DNA of 64,000 bases from IMG/VR virus record IMGVR_UViG_3300043773_000315. One strand, written 5' to 3'. Positions within the stretch are counted from its first letter, which is position 1; the number at the start of each line of letters is the position of its first letter. Made by a program: the position numbers and the translations under genes. The DNA comes from an uncultured virus (IMG/VR IMGVR_UViG_3300043773_000315). Taxonomy: Duplodnaviria; Heunggongvirae; Uroviricota; Caudoviricetes. Shown piece after piece: positions 1 to 10,448 of the stretch. Below the pieces are notes generated by a model. It had not been told where the DNA came from. It worked only from the letters and a program-made list of their open reading frames with translations, and ran no database searches.

Positions 1-262
1 GTATCTGATAGTCTTGTTCATCCAGTTTAAAGAACAACATTCTAACAGCATTTCTAGTTCCAAAAACATTAGAGAGGATGATAATGTGATTTAGTATCAA
101 CCTCTCTTTTAGTTCTCCAGTTGTTTTATACCTCTTGATAAGTCTCTTTATATACTTAATACGCTTTAAGTCTTCCTCAAATTCACTCATTATACAGTTA
201 GGAGAATCATAGCACTTCATGGCATATATCATGAAGTTCTCATCATTTAAGTCTTCAATCAT
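1..262 (-). CDS. Conserved T4-like phage hypothetical protein (3' end runs off the window)
   Basis: Hand translation MIEDLNDENFMIYAMKCYDSPNC...KYIKRLIKRYKTTGELKERLILNHIIILSNVFG; ATG overlaps the upstream TAA (TAATG); resembles a small conserved myovirus family I recall. Confidence 0.75.
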   Translation of the reverse strand, partial: MIEDLNDENFMIYAMKCYDSPNCIMSEFEEDLKRIKYIKRLIKRYKTTGELKERLILNHIIILSNVFGTRNAVRMLFFKLDEQDYQI

Positions 263-1056
263 TATTTCTTTTTACGAATCATTTTCTTAGTTTTTTTCTT
301 TGCCTTAGCTGAAATTGTTGAAGCGCGGCGGTCAGGATTAACTTTTTCTTTTCCTTTCTGAACAAAAGGAGGAACAAATGGTTCATTTTCTTCCTTCTTC
401 ATCATATTAGAAAGTGTGACTTTCTTTGCACCCATCTTCTTCTTGAGATTAGGCATAGGCTCTTCATTCATCTGTGTAAATGTTTTGCCCCGCTTTTCAT
501 GCTCAATATAATCGTCAACATCATTTGATTGCTTTTCAGATTTCATCTTATTGACTAACTTGTAGAGCATCTTGGATACACCACCCATAGAACGCTCTTC
601 CGTAAGGTCTGTTTCATCATCTTCCACTTCTGCATCAAAATCGGCCATGATTTCGTTCAGTTCGTCTTCATTTACTACACTAGCGAAAACGTCAAACATA
701 CCTTCGTCATTTAGTGACCATTCGAAATATACGAACAGTGGAGAGTCGCTGGCGGTTACGACTTCTCCCTGGTCGTTCATTCCCATCTTTTTACCAAACT
801 GAGAGATTTCAAAAACATCATTACCGTGATTTTGATCTAGAAAGATTGCCTTAGGGAGAAAGATTTTGTAGTATTCAAGAACCTTTCTAACATCCTCCAA
901 TGCGTTGTATGGAGTGCGAAATACATTAGCAGTTGTTACTTCCAAGTTTGAATTGATAGCATCAACTACTGTTGGATCATCAATGGAAATACCACCATCA
1001 TGATTGTATATCGCAGGGTCAAAATCTTCTGCTAGATATTCATTAAATCTCTTCAT
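262..1056 (-). CDS. Hypothetical protein, possible internal head protein
   Basis: N-terminus MKRFNEYLAE resembles the T4 capsid-targeting sequence MKTYQEFIAE; acidic body with a Lys-rich tail. Confidence 0.6.
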   Translation of the reverse strand: MKRFNEYLAEDFDPAIYNHDGGISIDDPTVVDAINSNLEVTTANVFRTPYNALEDVRKVLEYYKIFLPKAIFLDQNHGNDVFEISQFGKKMGMNDQGEVVTASDSPLFVYFEWSLNDEGMFDVFASVVNEDELNEIMADFDAEVEDDETDLTEERSMGGVSKMLYKLVNKMKSEKQSNDVDDYIEHEKRGKTFTQMNEEPMPNLKKKMGAKKVTLSNMMKKEENEPFVPPFVQKGKEKVNPDRRASTISAKAKKKTKKMIRKKK

Positions 1057-1078
1057 TGGTTACCGCCATTTCTTTCTA

Positions 1079-1672
1079 TTAGGTGCCTGGGAAATACTTA
1101 TCGTCGCCTGTATCATCACCAGTCATAGAACCCATGGCAACTAGAGTTTCATAATTTACTCTACCTGCACGACCACCAAGTGTTACTGAGAATGTAGCAA
1201 AGTTGGCGCTGTTTGGTCCGTTTGGTGTGAGTGTTGGAGCAACGTTGAATCCAGCACCTGGGCTGTGAATTACTACAGTAGCAATTGTGTTCCAATATGA
1301 GTTGGAAGAATATGTCTGTAGAGTATTGCGTGAGTTAGCAATGGTATATGCAAGATTTACTGTGCCATCACCACCGCCTGAAACAACGATATAGCCAGCA
1401 GAATTGTAGTTCTGACCGCCATTTACGATTGTTACAGAAGCGATTGGACCTGTGCCAATCTTCTGTGATACCCAACCAGCGTGAGCAACTTTCTTACCGT
1501 CTACTAGCGTGTTTGCTGCTTCTGTTGCAGACACACCGTACACAGCACCGTAATACTTTGCAGTATTAGCTTTGCTTCCGTTGATTGTAGAGTTTGAAAC
1601 TCTATATGTTGTGTTGGCATACAAAGGCTTTCCATTGCCTGTGATGCCGTCTAGATTTGTCCAAAGTGACAT
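1079..1672 (-). CDS. Putative virion structural protein
   Basis: Gly/Asn/Thr-rich; HAGWV and GRAGRVNYETLVAMGS motifs typical of T4-like structural proteins; late-promoter-like TAAATA upstream (~1725-1731). Confidence 0.6.
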   Translation of the reverse strand: MSLWTNLDGITGNGKPLYANTTYRVSNSTINGSKANTAKYYGAVYGVSATEAANTLVDGKKVAHAGWVSQKIGTGPIASVTIVNGGQNYNSAGYIVVSGGGDGTVNLAYTIANSRNTLQTYSSNSYWNTIATVVIHSPGAGFNVAPTLTPNGPNSANFATFSVTLGGRAGRVNYETLVAMGSMTGDDTGDDKYFPGT

Positions 1673-1683
1673 TTACTTTCTCC

Positions 1684-2082
1684 TTATTGAGTGCCTATCA
1701 TAGCCGAATCTTGTTCTGGTGTAGTATTTATTATTGTAGACTTGGTATTGGAAGATTTCTTATCTTCTCCAAGTCTGTATCTATCTGGTTTATTTCTTTG
1801 TAAACCTAAATCAGATTGCATTTTTTGTCTAGGTCCAGTCAACTTTTTAGCAATTCTTGGATGAGTCCTAATCGCGCCGCGCTTAAATTCATTCAGTTCG
1901 TCTTCTTTTACTACACCATGATGAATTTCTTTTGTTGCAGATCCTGGCTTTCTGTTTGGACTAGCAGGATCCTGTATGTCAGCTCCAGCGCCCCCGTATG
2001 GGCCACCAGAGCCAACTAACTTTTGTTCCATTTTCATTTTGCGAAGTGATTTAATCATCTCCGCTAATTGTTTGTTGTTCAT
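1684..2082 (-). CDS. Hypothetical protein
   Basis: 132-aa ORF coupled to the upstream gene (ATGA overlap). Confidence 0.65.
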   Translation of the reverse strand: MNNKQLAEMIKSLRKMKMEQKLVGSGGPYGGAGADIQDPASPNRKPGSATKEIHHGVVKEDELNEFKRGAIRTHPRIAKKLTGPRQKMQSDLGLQRNKPDRYRLGEDKKSSNTKSTIINTTPEQDSAMIGTQ

Positions 2083-4847
2083 TTTCTCACACCTGGTTTA
2101 CCTGGTTGCGGTCTTGTCATGCTGTGTACGTTTAGACCTTGAGCGTCTTTACGTGGACCAGCAGGTTCATCTCTACCTGATTTACTTCTTGCCATTTGCT
2201 GTTGTAAAGCGTTTGATTTTTTAGTAACTTGTGGCTGTGCTTGTGTTTGTACTGGCTTTGGTTTAGGAACTGGAACAGATTGAGTTGTTGCCGTTACAGG
2301 TTGAATACGCTTAACTCCAACTTTATCTCGTTCTGCTCCTGCTGACATTGCTTGAGGACTCGCAGCATTAGCTGGTGCTACTGGAGTTGTAGATGCTTGT
2401 GCTGCAGGAGGTTGATTTCCACTCAAACTTCTATTTAAAGCATATCCACCAATTGCAGCACCAGCAGCACCAGCCGCTAGTCCTGCTTTTGCTTTATCAC
2501 TGAGTCCAACAATTCTTGTTGCTCCACCTGCCGCGAGATTTGGAGAACCAGGTCTTGCAGGAAGATTTGGACCACTTGTAGGTCTTACAGCAGGAACACC
2601 AGGTCTAACATAGTTAGTTGGTTCTGTTGTTCTGCGTAAAGCTGGAAGTTGTCTAGCCTTTAAATCTGAACCAGCATTTTGTCTTGCTCTAGCTAATTTG
2701 TCTTGAAAAGTACCTCTGATACCAGCATTTCCTGATGGAATATCTGGCTTTTTTGCAGGCATAATAATTTCATCTGGTTCTCTTGCCGCTTGAGAGACAG
2801 GTTTAGCTGGCTTAGATGCAACTTTTGCTGTCGCAGATGAAACAGGTCTAGGTAGTAGTTTTTGGCCTACAGAACCTGCAGTTCTACCACCTTTTATAAA
2901 ATTATATGCTGCTTTACTCGCTTTAACAGCGCCACCTACTAAAGCACCTCCAGCAAGATTCATGCCAACATCAGCGGCTGTTTGGCCGAGACCTTGTTGA
3001 CCTCTAGCATACTTATCGATTGCCCTTGCTGCACCTACTCCAGGAACAAAAGGTGCAACAGTATCAATGCCTTTTTCCATTCTAGCGTCTAATTCTGCTC
3101 TACGTTGAGCAGCATTTTTTTGTGCGGGAATAGAACCAAGACCATAATCTGATCGCGCTCTTTGTACTGTTTTTTTCAATTCTGAAGGTTTTACACTAGA
3201 ATTAACTGAGCTTGATTTTATATTTGATGATTTAAATCCTGATGATCTGTCTGTGTTAAATGGCACATGACCATGTCCGCCTCGTGCCGTAACAATGTCT
3301 GACACTTCCGCCACAACCTGCTTTTCAGCAGAAGCAGTTACGCTCAAGCCGTGGCGGTTATTAAAACCCTCGTTTTCCTCAGCAACTCTCTTGGCTGTTT
3401 CAGTTGCAATTCTCATTTTTTTGGCCATTGGCATGCCTGGATTTTCTCTTTCCATAGCAGTAGCAACTTTTTCGCGCTTAGACTTTTCTGCTGATGTTAG
3501 CTTCTTTTCTTCAAGTCTCTTTGCAACTTTATCCATACGTTGCATTGTATCAACGTCTTTTCTAAAATCTGGACCAGGTCCCCAGCCTCGATCATCCCAA
3601 GCCCTTTTTTCTGCGGCTCTTGATTTCATAGTAGCCTTTAGTTTTAATAATTTCTTAGCAATTATGCCTTTTGGCATCATGCCGGCTTCTTCAAGATTTT
3701 CTTCCTTCATTGTGCCTGGTGGAAGAGAAGTCTTTGCAGCACGATTGACTGTCTGTTCCTTTGACTTTGCATAGTCAGGAGTTGTTCCTGCTGGAGCATA
3801 GTCTGGCTTCTTGATGCCCATCGAAGAAGGAGATGTCACATCGCTTTCTTTCATGGAACGTAGCTTCTTAAAATCTGCTGAAGTTAGATCACCAAAAGGT
3901 TCAGCAACATCCAACTTTCTTTTATTTGGATGATCAATATCGTTTTCTTCACTCTGCATTTTTTCAATTTGCGCTCTTGTTACATTTCCAGCAGCTTTAA
4001 CATTGCCTTTTTCAAGTTCTTTCATTCTCCAGAAAAGATTATTAGTAACATCTATTGCATTTTTATCTTTACGTCCTAAACGTCCTCTTTTAGGCTTTAC
4101 CTTATTTGGTATACCATACATCTTTATCTTTTCTTCATCAAGTGCTTCTTCTTCTAATCTTTTTTTAGGTCTATTAGCAGGAACAACATCTTTCTTAGGT
4201 CTTTTAGCAGGAACAACACCTTTCTTACCTTCAATCTTATCGCCTGCCAACTTTATCATCTTTGCATGTTTAGCTGCTTTTTCTGCCGAATTTATAATGA
4301 AGTCTGATGCGCCTTGAGGTGTTTTTTTTAGTTGCCAGTCCTTCATATTTCTAATTATTGCGTGAACTTGCGTTTTACGCTTATTTTTATAGTTTTCTAA
4401 AGTTTCTGGAGACAATTCATTAAGTATTTCTACACCTTCTCTCATACCAGGAACAAAACCTTTAATTTCTTTTACTTTACCGTCTTTTACTATGAATCCT
4501 CTAATTTTTCTTATAGAATCGCTTAGATTATCATGTATATGTACACCATCATTAGGATCGTATTGAACTTTACCTGGACCAGCAATTTTTCTAATTTTCA
4601 TAGACTCTGGTGTATTTAATCCAGGATGAAGTTTTGATTTTTTCTTTGCCTCATCAAGTGCTTCCACACCTTCTGTCAATACTGTCTTATAAGCAGCATC
4701 CCATTCGCCCTGACGTTCATGTGGAAGAGCCTTACGGTCTGTTACACCAAACTTTTCATTTACCAGTCTGACAGCATCACGCTCAGCCTGATTCTTTTTC
4801 ATCACTTCTTGGACTGCGCCAATTAATGGATCGTTTTTGTTAAGCAT
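2079..4847 (-). CDS. Large low-complexity protein, probable internal head/core protein
   Basis: 922 aa, Lys/Ala/Pro-rich; many L/I-x-E motifs (LTE, LDE, LNE, LEE) resembling T4 gp21 protease sites; GATAAATA upstream. Confidence 0.55.
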   Translation of the reverse strand: MLNKNDPLIGAVQEVMKKNQAERDAVRLVNEKFGVTDRKALPHERQGEWDAAYKTVLTEGVEALDEAKKKSKLHPGLNTPESMKIRKIAGPGKVQYDPNDGVHIHDNLSDSIRKIRGFIVKDGKVKEIKGFVPGMREGVEILNELSPETLENYKNKRKTQVHAIIRNMKDWQLKKTPQGASDFIINSAEKAAKHAKMIKLAGDKIEGKKGVVPAKRPKKDVVPANRPKKRLEEEALDEEKIKMYGIPNKVKPKRGRLGRKDKNAIDVTNNLFWRMKELEKGNVKAAGNVTRAQIEKMQSEENDIDHPNKRKLDVAEPFGDLTSADFKKLRSMKESDVTSPSSMGIKKPDYAPAGTTPDYAKSKEQTVNRAAKTSLPPGTMKEENLEEAGMMPKGIIAKKLLKLKATMKSRAAEKRAWDDRGWGPGPDFRKDVDTMQRMDKVAKRLEEKKLTSAEKSKREKVATAMERENPGMPMAKKMRIATETAKRVAEENEGFNNRHGLSVTASAEKQVVAEVSDIVTARGGHGHVPFNTDRSSGFKSSNIKSSSVNSSVKPSELKKTVQRARSDYGLGSIPAQKNAAQRRAELDARMEKGIDTVAPFVPGVGAARAIDKYARGQQGLGQTAADVGMNLAGGALVGGAVKASKAAYNFIKGGRTAGSVGQKLLPRPVSSATAKVASKPAKPVSQAAREPDEIIMPAKKPDIPSGNAGIRGTFQDKLARARQNAGSDLKARQLPALRRTTEPTNYVRPGVPAVRPTSGPNLPARPGSPNLAAGGATRIVGLSDKAKAGLAAGAAGAAIGGYALNRSLSGNQPPAAQASTTPVAPANAASPQAMSAGAERDKVGVKRIQPVTATTQSVPVPKPKPVQTQAQPQVTKKSNALQQQMARSKSGRDEPAGPRKDAQGLNVHSMTRPQPGKPGVRK

Positions 4848-4889
4848 TTTAGTTGTCCTCTATGGAGTTTATCTATATTTATCTAAATC

Positions 4890-7800
4890 TTATTCTTCGC
4901 AATTCCAACGTCTAAGCGACATAGCCTTACGAGTTGGTCTGCCCTTTTCGTCTTTCATTGGGCCTTTCATGCCGCCCATTCTAGCACAGAATGACTTACG
5001 GCGTTTCCAAGCTTTACCGCCTTTTTTAAGTTTTGATGGAGGTGTAGTAACCGCTGTCTTGATACCAAAGTGCTTTGCGCCTTTTCTTGTTAGTCCAGCA
5101 CCACTCTCGGTTGATCTGTATAGACCTTTTGAGTCTGCGCCGCGCTCATTTAACTGTTCTTCACTCTTACGCTGTGTTGGAATAGGACTCATATTATTGA
5201 CTCCGCCTTCCATTCCTTCACGAAGTTTCTTCACTGATTTCTTTTCTTCGCTGTGTTCACATCCGCAACCTGCATTCTCTAGTTTTAATGCCGTCTCTAC
5301 CAACTTTTCTTCCCACAAATCGCCATATTTTTCCATATACTTTTGCTGAGTTGATTCCTTTGACATCCAGTTCTGAATGCTCTCGGATAGACCCATTGAA
5401 TATGCTGAACCGTAACCGAATCCGTATGGTGTGCCTGCACGAGGAACACCGATGGTTGGGCCGATACCATCAGCGCCGAAGGCATATCCACCCTGCACAG
5501 ATGCTTCCATGGCCTCTTGCTTCAACTTGTCTGCACTACGCATTAGTTCTTCTTTTGCTTTCTTAGCTTCTTCGGCATTCTTTTCAAGATGTGGTAAAGC
5601 CTTTACCATTTTCTGCCAAGGAGTTTTCTTCTTTGATTCGGCCACGAAACTTTCAAATGCTTCGTTGACAGGTACACAGTTAGGTACCATGCGATTACCT
5701 TTCTTCTTCATGCCCTTTTGCTCATAACCATCCCAGCATGTATCCTTTTCTTCGTTGACAGATGTCCAACCACCACCCTTAGACTTATACCACTTTGCTG
5801 CCCAACCATTAGCATATGCAGATGGATATACATCAAACTTTTTTCTGGCCATAGACTTAGCTCTTGACCATAGTTCTGGATTTGTTGGCTTGTTCTTTTC
5901 CATCAAAACTTGTTCTGACATTCTGTCACGGTTAATCTTGTCAATTGCTTTTTGAACTGACTCTGTTTTGACCATAATAGGTTTATTGCCTTTACCTGAT
6001 CTATCTGCCACGGGATCCTCTCTTCTTTTTCTTCTTGCTGATGCAGCGCGTTCTTTTTTACTCATCGAATATGCTCTAGATGCCGGCATACATTTTGGTT
6101 TACCTTCACCTGGCTCTCTAGCACAATCGCCTTTAATGTTACCTTTTGTATCAACTCTTTTCCAGTTGCCCTCTGGATGTGTTTTACTAAACCAATTTCT
6201 TAAATCTTCACTCAACTGAACCTTTACTAGTTTACCGCCTTGACTGTGGAATAATACTTTGTTTATACCATTAACTTTACGACCAAATCTACCAAAACCA
6301 TAATATGACAAACCAAGTCTTCTGGCCTGATTCATCAAATCATTATCTGGCTTGTGAATAACACTTGGCATTTCGACATTCTGTCTAATCTGAGTAAGTG
6401 TCTTATATCTCTTTGGCTCTTGATATCCTGTGATACCACGATTTCTTGCTTCGCGTTCAATCCATTTTGCTGCTGCTGGATTTTGATTTTCAGAGCGAAC
6501 AAACTGTTGAGCCATACGACGAATACGATTGAAGTTGGCCTGAATCTTTTCTTTTTCTTCTGGTCCAACTTTGCGAACATCTGCTGTGTTATCGATGACA
6601 GCAAATTTTTCATTACCAAAAATCTTTTGCAGTTCGCCAATATTCTTTTGTGCTAAGTCCCATTTCTGCTGACGAATGTTTGGAGAATTATCTGGCACGC
6701 CTTGCTTATCTGTACCATCTGGAACTTTACGCTTGCCCATCTTACCGCGTTCAACGTTACGCTCACGCGATACTTCATTAGAAGTGTTTACGAATACCAT
6801 CATGGTTTCGTAGCCGTCTGCTTCCAAGTTTTGTTTGATTGTCTTGATTTTTTCTAAGTCATCTGCTGTGCCGTTGATGATGAGTCCAAGACGACCTGCA
6901 AGGGCTAGACGCTCTTGTTCTTTTGTAATGTTCTTCGCGCGGCCGCGCACGATGTCGCGCTCAACTCTTTCTTCATCCGGCATCTCAAGGTCTAGACCGT
7001 TCTTCTGCATTAGATACTCAAATGCAACGTCAGAATTGATTTCTTTCAATCCTTCACCAGCAAGAGTGGAATTCATTACGTAGTCTTTACCAGAACCTGG
7101 ACCACCAGCCAGAAAGATAGCCTTGAGTTTGCCTGGATCGTTTATACCCTCGCTAAGTTGACCACGAACAGCCTTGAATCCCTTGACTGCTTTCTTTTGA
7201 TATTCACTTGATCCTTTTTTGTCTAGCCAATATCTGTCAATACCATCGTCATACCAAAGACCAGATGTTTGATTTGTTATAACGTATTGTGACACACCAG
7301 TCGGTGATACTTCACCTGTCACATTACCTAGTCCGCGAATACCACCGCCAATTGCTGCTGTGTTTGTTTCGACAACATAAGACTTGCCGAACATATCTGG
7401 ATTGGCCTTAGCAAACCAACGCATAATCTTACCTGCTTCTGAGTTTGCTTCGTTCTCAATATCAGAACCAGTTGCGCCTTCTTTCTCTATATCTTTACCT
7501 AACCGACCATCTTCGTTCTGTTTGTGATGCACAAGTTCATGAGCAACAGAACGGAATATGTCCATCGGATGTCTGTTCATAGTAGATATAGACAGTTCAT
7601 TAGACGATGGATTATATGCTGCGAATGAATTGTATGAATCATCATCTGTCTTGTATCTAACAGTCGGCATAGATTTTAGACCAAGCTTATCGGATGCAAA
7701 TGACACAAATGAATCCAGCATAGGTGCTAGTTCTTTGCGTGTAATTTCTTCTTTTAATTGCTTTAATGTTTTTGGTTTTGGAAGTTTAGCGGATAATAGT

Positions 7801-8369
7801 TTATGCACAGATGCATCATATTTGCCAAACAAATCTTTGACAAACTCTTTCTGCTTTGCGTTGTCTAATGATACAAACTGCTTACGAAGTTCAGAAGCAG
7901 ATGTGGCTGGCTTACCTAGAACATCGAATGTAAATGTAGGAGTGACGATAACATAACCCTTAGGCATAGATGCATCACCAAAAGGCTGCAACTTCTTTTC
8001 ATTGCCTGCATATGGTTGGAGATAACTTGGATTACCAGATTTGGTTGGTTTGAATGAAAAACGAGGATCTTCTTCCATGTCTTTTTGCGACACAGCAAAG
8101 ACTAAAACCGTCGTCTTAGGATCGTAGTCTTTTAGTATTTCTCTGGCGATGTAGGGATTGGTAACTTGCTTGATACTGTTAGATGGGACACCAGCCAGTG
8201 TCATCATCTTGACTTTTTCTTTGAAATTGAATGGACTCTTAGGTAGTTCTACTTTATCAGATGTGGCAATGACTGCATCGCCGAACTTTGACTTGAGCCA
8301 TTTATAGACCTGTGCATGGCCTTTATGGAAGGGTTGAAAACGCCCTGGATATACTACTAAAACTTTCAT
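4890..8369 (-). CDS. Multi-domain protein: cytidylyltransferase-like + HExxH + P-loop (zeta-toxin-like) kinase + small basic phage domains
   Basis: YPGRFQPFHKGH (HxGH), HELVH, LAGGPGSGKD Walker A, YPSAYANGWAAKWYKSKGGGW, CWDGY...VPNCVP, RRKSFCARM...LRRWNC. Confidence 0.75.
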   Translation of the reverse strand: MKVLVVYPGRFQPFHKGHAQVYKWLKSKFGDAVIATSDKVELPKSPFNFKEKVKMMTLAGVPSNSIKQVTNPYIAREILKDYDPKTTVLVFAVSQKDMEEDPRFSFKPTKSGNPSYLQPYAGNEKKLQPFGDASMPKGYVIVTPTFTFDVLGKPATSASELRKQFVSLDNAKQKEFVKDLFGKYDASVHKLLSAKLPKPKTLKQLKEEITRKELAPMLDSFVSFASDKLGLKSMPTVRYKTDDDSYNSFAAYNPSSNELSISTMNRHPMDIFRSVAHELVHHKQNEDGRLGKDIEKEGATGSDIENEANSEAGKIMRWFAKANPDMFGKSYVVETNTAAIGGGIRGLGNVTGEVSPTGVSQYVITNQTSGLWYDDGIDRYWLDKKGSSEYQKKAVKGFKAVRGQLSEGINDPGKLKAIFLAGGPGSGKDYVMNSTLAGEGLKEINSDVAFEYLMQKNGLDLEMPDEERVERDIVRGRAKNITKEQERLALAGRLGLIINGTADDLEKIKTIKQNLEADGYETMMVFVNTSNEVSRERNVERGKMGKRKVPDGTDKQGVPDNSPNIRQQKWDLAQKNIGELQKIFGNEKFAVIDNTADVRKVGPEEKEKIQANFNRIRRMAQQFVRSENQNPAAAKWIEREARNRGITGYQEPKRYKTLTQIRQNVEMPSVIHKPDNDLMNQARRLGLSYYGFGRFGRKVNGINKVLFHSQGGKLVKVQLSEDLRNWFSKTHPEGNWKRVDTKGNIKGDCAREPGEGKPKCMPASRAYSMSKKERAASARRKRREDPVADRSGKGNKPIMVKTESVQKAIDKINRDRMSEQVLMEKNKPTNPELWSRAKSMARKKFDVYPSAYANGWAAKWYKSKGGGWTSVNEEKDTCWDGYEQKGMKKKGNRMVPNCVPVNEAFESFVAESKKKTPWQKMVKALPHLEKNAEEAKKAKEELMRSADKLKQEAMEASVQGGYAFGADGIGPTIGVPRAGTPYGFGYGSAYSMGLSESIQNWMSKESTQQKYMEKYGDLWEEKLVETALKLENAGCGCEHSEEKKSVKKLREGMEGGVNNMSPIPTQRKSEEQLNERGADSKGLYRSTESGAGLTRKGAKHFGIKTAVTTPPSKLKKGGKAWKRRKSFCARMGGMKGPMKDEKGRPTRKAMSLRRWNCEE

Positions 8370-8413
8370 TATTCCCTCTATAGGAACATTAACTTACAGA
8401 GGTATTTAGTGTT

Positions 8414-8551
8414 TTATTGTTCTGACTCCATGGCCTTGTGCCAATACTTTTTCAGTATGTCCTGACATTCCTTTTCAGAATATGATTCAGGAACAGGTTT
8501 GCCTTTCAATTTTTGCCATATAGCGTTGGCTATCTCTCTTTCCCATGTCAT
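8414..8551 (-). CDS. Small hypothetical protein (45 aa)
   Basis: MTWEREIANAIWQKLKGKPVPESYSEKECQDILKKYWHKAMESEQ; ATGA overlap with the upstream stop; not in the ORF track. Confidence 0.6.
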   Translation of the reverse strand: MTWEREIANAIWQKLKGKPVPESYSEKECQDILKKYWHKAMESEQ

Positions 8552-9207
8552 ATCTCATATTTCTTTCTTTTGAGTGTTTCACGCACAACTGAAGTGATTT
8601 CTTCAGCGATGGTCTTGACTTTAGCATTTGGAGTATATTTGGACACTCTACCATCTTTTACCAGATAACCCACTGCTTCCACGTTCGGATAAAGAGTTGC
8701 AACTTTGAATAGTATATCTAAGTTCTTTTCGTGGTCATCCCACATGCGAACACGGTCAAACTTACCAGTCTTTAGATATCTCTTGAGAATGACACCTTTG
8801 TTGATGTGGGCGGGTCCAGACTTTGAGACATTACCTGCACGTTCTACATAGACTTTATCAATCGGAAATCCATGGTCACGAAACGTCTGTAGAAACTCCT
8901 TATGGTCATCAAAGTCTGACCGAGCAGTAAGAATAATCGAATGTGAGTTTTCGGTCTGTCTTGCGACGATGTTTTTTGCATTATTCAGAACCGAACGGAT
9001 AGGCTTGAATGTATCACGAAAGATTTTGCCTGATCTGAACTGAGCAAAGTCAAACTTTTCATCTGGTGCTAGTTTGTAAGAATTAAACTCACCGGGTTCC
9101 AATATCTTTACTGTTTTGCCGTCCTTGACAACACCAACTCTGGCCGATGTTCGACCAAGAGTGTCATCGATATCCCACACATTCAATGTACGGATTTCTT
9201 TATTCAT
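8548..9207 (-). CDS. HAD-superfamily phosphatase
   Basis: WDIDDTL (DxD motif I), ILTAR (motif II), MWDD (motif IV). Confidence 0.7.
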   Translation of the reverse strand: MNKEIRTLNVWDIDDTLGRTSARVGVVKDGKTVKILEPGEFNSYKLAPDEKFDFAQFRSGKIFRDTFKPIRSVLNNAKNIVARQTENSHSIILTARSDFDDHKEFLQTFRDHGFPIDKVYVERAGNVSKSGPAHINKGVILKRYLKTGKFDRVRMWDDHEKNLDILFKVATLYPNVEAVGYLVKDGRVSKYTPNAKVKTIAEEITSVVRETLKRKKYEI

Positions 9208-10439
9208 TTTGACCAGTTCTTAGTAGCATTGAAGTTAGCTTGTGAAAATTCTAATCTATCGATTAACTTGACGGCTTTACCTATTCGGTCAATAGCAACA
9301 AAACCTTCTGGCGATGTAACTTTTAATCCAGTCGAATCAATTCGAAGATAAGTGCCTAGAGAATCGCGGACTGTCTGGAGTTTCTTGACAATCATGTTCT
9401 TTGCTTTTGTTAGCAAGTTTTGCAAATCAAATATCTTCTTCAATTCATTCTTGTTGCTTGTATAGAAACGCATCACGATATTTTTTTCTTGCTGTCTCTT
9501 GGTCTTTGTATCAGCCTTTTTTGCATCGGTAATGTTCTTGTTTAACTTTCTTTCGACCTCAAGAATGAGTCCTTGAACGTGAGCAGCAGTATTAGTAATC
9601 TCTTGACCTTCACGAACTTTGGAATTATTCCATGCTTTGATTTGAGTTTTATATCCTTCGTTCGTAGCAATCTCATTTAGTGTCCTTGCTGAGATTGTTC
9701 TGAACAGTGTGCCTGCTTGTGATAGAAGGCCATTTAGTTCAGCCGTTTCTGATGCAGTAAACGTGGCTGTACCAGATGCATCAACAAAAGATGCATCGCG
9801 GAACCAGACATTCTTTGACTGTCTAAGATTTCCAATGTCAGCACCAAACGATGCCTTCATATTTTCCATACTATCTCCAGAATAAGTCGTATGCCATACT
9901 ATGCCTATTTTAGCAGATTTTATCTGTTTTGCAAGTGAAGAATCTGCTGGTACAGTATATACGATTGTGTTCGGCTGAAAAGTGATATAATCTTTTCCAT
10001 CAATCTTTTCTGACTTCAAGTCTTCTTTGGTAAACATCATATCGCCTTGCAATATACCATCAATGCCGAGTTCAGGAAGATATTGTAAAGCGATCTTTAG
10101 TTTCCTGTTTAGGCCTTCGCCAGGATGATTATTGTCAATGTCATTGTTCGTATAGTTCAACTTTGCATTCTTTGCGAACACGCCTTTGGTGCCCACAAAG
10201 AATTTTCCATTCTCTGGATTAATACCAGCAAATATGGCTGGTGCACCATCCCACTTAGTTGTGAGATTTAGAGTTTTACCAGTAGCATGACCAGAAAGCA
10301 TATCACGAAGAGACTGTAAAAAGGATATTGCACCTCTTGTGCCAGAAACTCCTCCATTGAGTACCTCGTCCTCTAGGTGTTCTAAGTGAAGGTTCTTACC
10401 TTCTTTTGCTTCTGTTAAGTAATTTTGATAGTTTAACAT
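9204..10439 (-). CDS. Conserved T4-like protein (DUF6267-like) with ATP-dependent ligase-type motifs
   Basis: KNLHLEHLED, TTKWDGAP (KxDG), LQGD, PEGFV, VKLIDRLEFS; N-terminal YQNYLTE propeptide-like segment. Confidence 0.7.
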   Translation of the reverse strand: MLNYQNYLTEAKEGKNLHLEHLEDEVLNGGVSGTRGAISFLQSLRDMLSGHATGKTLNLTTKWDGAPAIFAGINPENGKFFVGTKGVFAKNAKLNYTNNDIDNNHPGEGLNRKLKIALQYLPELGIDGILQGDMMFTKEDLKSEKIDGKDYITFQPNTIVYTVPADSSLAKQIKSAKIGIVWHTTYSGDSMENMKASFGADIGNLRQSKNVWFRDASFVDASGTATFTASETAELNGLLSQAGTLFRTISARTLNEIATNEGYKTQIKAWNNSKVREGQEITNTAAHVQGLILEVERKLNKNITDAKKADTKTKRQQEKNIVMRFYTSNKNELKKIFDLQNLLTKAKNMIVKKLQTVRDSLGTYLRIDSTGLKVTSPEGFVAIDRIGKAVKLIDRLEFSQANFNATKNWSK

Positions 10440-10448
10440 TTTTAATCC

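Noticed and set aside
4160..4230. Short tandem repeat encoding KKGVVPAKRP/KKDVVPANRP
   Set aside because: A two-copy in-frame coding duplication in a low-complexity protein; no sign of a separate element.
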